NCBI GenBank assembly: GCA_965222375.1
Contig: CBDCTZ010000014.1
Span: 608,001 to 672,000 of the forward strand
DNA length: 64,000 bases
Origin: Polyangiaceae bacterium
Lineage (GTDB): Bacteria; Myxococcota_A; Polyangia; Polyangiales; Polyangiaceae
Direction of reading: 5' to 3'
The stretch's first letter is position 1; every line of letters begins with the position of its first letter. Position numbers and translations under genes: made by a program. The notes beneath the pieces were generated by a model. That model saw only the letters and a list, made by a program, of their open reading frames with translations. It had not been told where the DNA came from and ran no database searches. This document shows positions 62,134 to 64,000 of this stretch, piece by piece.

Positions 62134-63345
62134 TTAGTTTTTGGCGCAGGCCAGACGGGTCACGAACATCTTCGATGAACCATTGCCGTGGGCGACCAGC
62201 ATGCGACCGCTCGTCGGGTCCACTAGGAGCCCAAACGAGGCTTCATGTCCGCCCTCGATGTATCCCTCGTACAGTTCGCGTTCCGCCAACACCTTGCCCG
62301 TGGCGTCGAAAACTCGCACCCAAGCCGTCGACGGCGTGACGTTCATGCGGAGTCGAACCAGCGCAAACGGTCCACTGGCGCCAAACGCTTTCACCGCGAA
62401 CGGCCCCGGAGCGTCGGTCCCGCCAAACGAAATCGGCTCCGAAAGCGGTTGCCCGTTCAAGTCGAAGTGCCGGCCAAAAATCGGAGCCTGGAGCCCCCCC
62501 TCTCGCCTGTAGGTCCAGAAGAGCCAGGCGCCGTTTTCGACGGGCACCAGGGAAAGATGATCAACGCCGACCTCGACCGCCCAGGGCAGGGGGCTGCGTT
62601 GGGTGAACACGTGACCAACGGACGAATCAACCTTTGACAGTTCAATCAGTGAGTCCGACACACCGGAGCAATTCTCGGCGGTGCTCGATGCCATCAACCA
62701 CCCAGCCCCCGCAGGGATCGCGTCGGCATTCAACAACTCGGCACCGCAGGACGACGTTGAGATTGGACTGAACTCCGCATCGAACGGCTGCTGCGCCCGG
62801 CCGACGATCAGGCGATTGTAGTTGCCGGTTTCGGTGTGGTAGCCGACCAACGTCTCAGAACCATTCCGAGAAATAAACGACGGAAAGCCGTCCGAGTCCG
62901 CAATCGTGCTCGCCGGATAGGCGCCGGGCCCCCATGTCGGCGAAAGCCACAGTCCGCCCTGCCGGCGCCCAAACACGGAGTACACGCCCTCGCCGGGCGC
63001 CTCGCCAACGACGAATTGCTCGGTTTCTTCACTGATGAATCGATCCTTCAATTCCGCCGTCGACCAATCCGCCCACGGAACGAATAGGTTGTGCCCGAGC
63101 CGAGGGAGCGCGGAATTCGGGGTCTCCCGGTACACCACGGCTGCCTGCCGGGGCCCCACCATCGTCAGTTTTGGTTGCCCGATCTCAAACGCTGTGGGGA
63201 CCCGTCTCGATCCTTCGTGAGTGAGCGTTTCGCAGGACAGCGGATCCACGGGGTTGACCCCTCCGTCTTCGCGGACGGCCCCCCCACAAGCGGTCGCTGC
63301 CGCTCCGAACGCGACCGCAACAACTGACATTCTCAAGAATTGCAT
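62134..63345 (-). CDS. Lipoprotein, probable beta-propeller
   Basis: Lipobox ATAC and a beta-rich sequence ending VTRLACAKN. Confidence 0.75.
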   Translation of the reverse strand: MQFLRMSVVAVAFGAAATACGGAVREDGGVNPVDPLSCETLTHEGSRRVPTAFEIGQPKLTMVGPRQAAVVYRETPNSALPRLGHNLFVPWADWSTAELKDRFISEETEQFVVGEAPGEGVYSVFGRRQGGLWLSPTWGPGAYPASTIADSDGFPSFISRNGSETLVGYHTETGNYNRLIVGRAQQPFDAEFSPISTSSCGAELLNADAIPAGAGWLMASSTAENCSGVSDSLIELSKVDSSVGHVFTQRSPLPWAVEVGVDHLSLVPVENGAWLFWTYRREGGLQAPIFGRHFDLNGQPLSEPISFGGTDAPGPFAVKAFGASGPFALVRLRMNVTPSTAWVRVFDATGKVLAERELYEGYIEGGHEASFGLLVDPTSGRMLVAHGNGSSKMFVTRLACAKN

Positions 63346-63358
63346 GGGCCCGCGCAAC

Positions 63359-63373
63359 GCAACTCGTGTGCCA
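63359..63373 (-). promoter_or_regulatory. Putative sigma54 promoter
   Basis: Minus strand TGGCAC-ACGAG-TTGC has the -24/-12 consensus with correct spacing, just upstream of the 62134 gene. Confidence 0.5.
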
Positions 63374-63477
63374 TGGCCGTTGGATTGTTATGGCGCTTCC
63401 GGAGGTGTCCCAGGGTTGAGTGCCAAGTGGCACAGCGTGGGCCATTCGAGACAGATCGATCTGAACCACGCGCTCCG

Positions 63478-63670
63478 TCAAAAGCACAGGCCACCAAACC
63501 AGCACTGCTTTCCGTCGGGACAGTCACTGGTCTGCCGGCACTGAACGCAGCGCCGAATATTCGGGTCGCGCACGCGAAGGAGCGGGTTGCTGGAGCAGTG
63601 ACTGTCCTCGAGGCACTCCACGCACCGTTGCAAGGTTGGGTCGCAGCGCGTCTGGCAGCGCTCGTCTCGG
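63478..63670 (-). pseudogene. 3' fragment of Cys-rich repeat protein
   Basis: CDPTLQRCVECLEDSHC...RRCVQCRQTSDCPDGKQC. Confidence 0.55.
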
Positions 63671-64000
63671 GGTGCGCTGCAGCGCCTGCGCCAAAGGCCG
63701 CGCCTTCGCCGCCTCCCGCCGCCTCGCACGTTGCGCCGCCTGCCCAGCCTGTGCACGCGCAACAGAAAGAGCCGTGTACGGAAGCCGTGCTGAACTGTAG
63801 GTGCCCGGGTCTAGAGGCCGAGCAGTGCGAGAGCATCTGTCACGCGGGAGATCTCGACGCTTGCGTCGACGCTGGCTACATCCGTGAAGCACTCGGTTAT
63901 GGCGGGGCGGCAGACCGTCTTTTTGAGAAAGCTTGTGCGGGGAACCTTGCGCGTGGGTGTTTGGCCCATGGCGCTAGCCCGGATGATTCATTAGGGTGTC
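63628..64000 (+). CDS. Sel1-like-repeat lipoprotein, partial
   Basis: LVSGC, Pro-rich tether and LFEKACAGNLARGC; frame is open to the window end. Confidence 0.5.
   Translation, partial: MQGWVAARLAALVSGCAAAPAPKAAPSPPPAASHVAPPAQPVHAQQKEPCTEAVLNCRCPGLEAEQCESICHAGDLDACVDAGYIREALGYGGAADRLFEKACAGNLARGCLAHGASPDDSLGC

Noticed and set aside
1..64000. tRNA/rRNA genes or prophage
   Set aside because: No cloverleaf, rRNA-like or phage structural signatures were recognised by eye.

Overview
GC-rich genomic DNA from a myxobacterium (Myxococcota, probably Polyangiales-like). This call rests on a MYXO-CTERM tail, many Gly-rich-linker lipoproteins and an AgmX/PglI C-terminal domain. The left half (1-34.5 kb) is mostly intact genes. 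It holds a HEAT-repeat / degenerate HD-GYP / zinc-finger-histone operon, a frameshifted MepA-like peptidase, an Eis-GNAT/HAD operon, a divergent two-part Hsp90-like system, a thermolysin-like peptidase followed by tandemly duplicated and diversified lipoproteins, a sulfatase, and an SDR-RidA-ECH-ACAD-ALDH catabolic cluster. The right half (34.5-64 kb) is a mosaic. Intact genes there (adenylate cyclase, htpG, FG-GAP, LamG lipoprotein, vapBC, an Aer2-like triple-PAS chemoreceptor, MFS) sit among many gene fragments, two IS256 elements and an IS91-type HUH transposase remnant. An unannotated ~60-bp dispersed repeat occurs six times in the same orientation (26.7-56.8 kb), often at gene-truncation junctions and three times fused to the 3' end of the same DUF1552-like gene. 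Top leads are the ZZ-type bacterial histone and its operon, the gene-fragment-carrying repeat element, the Hsp90 middle-domain-repeat pair, and the peptidase/variable-lipoprotein cassette. Several single-base frameshifts may be sequencing or assembly errors. All family assignments come from motif recognition, not database searches.
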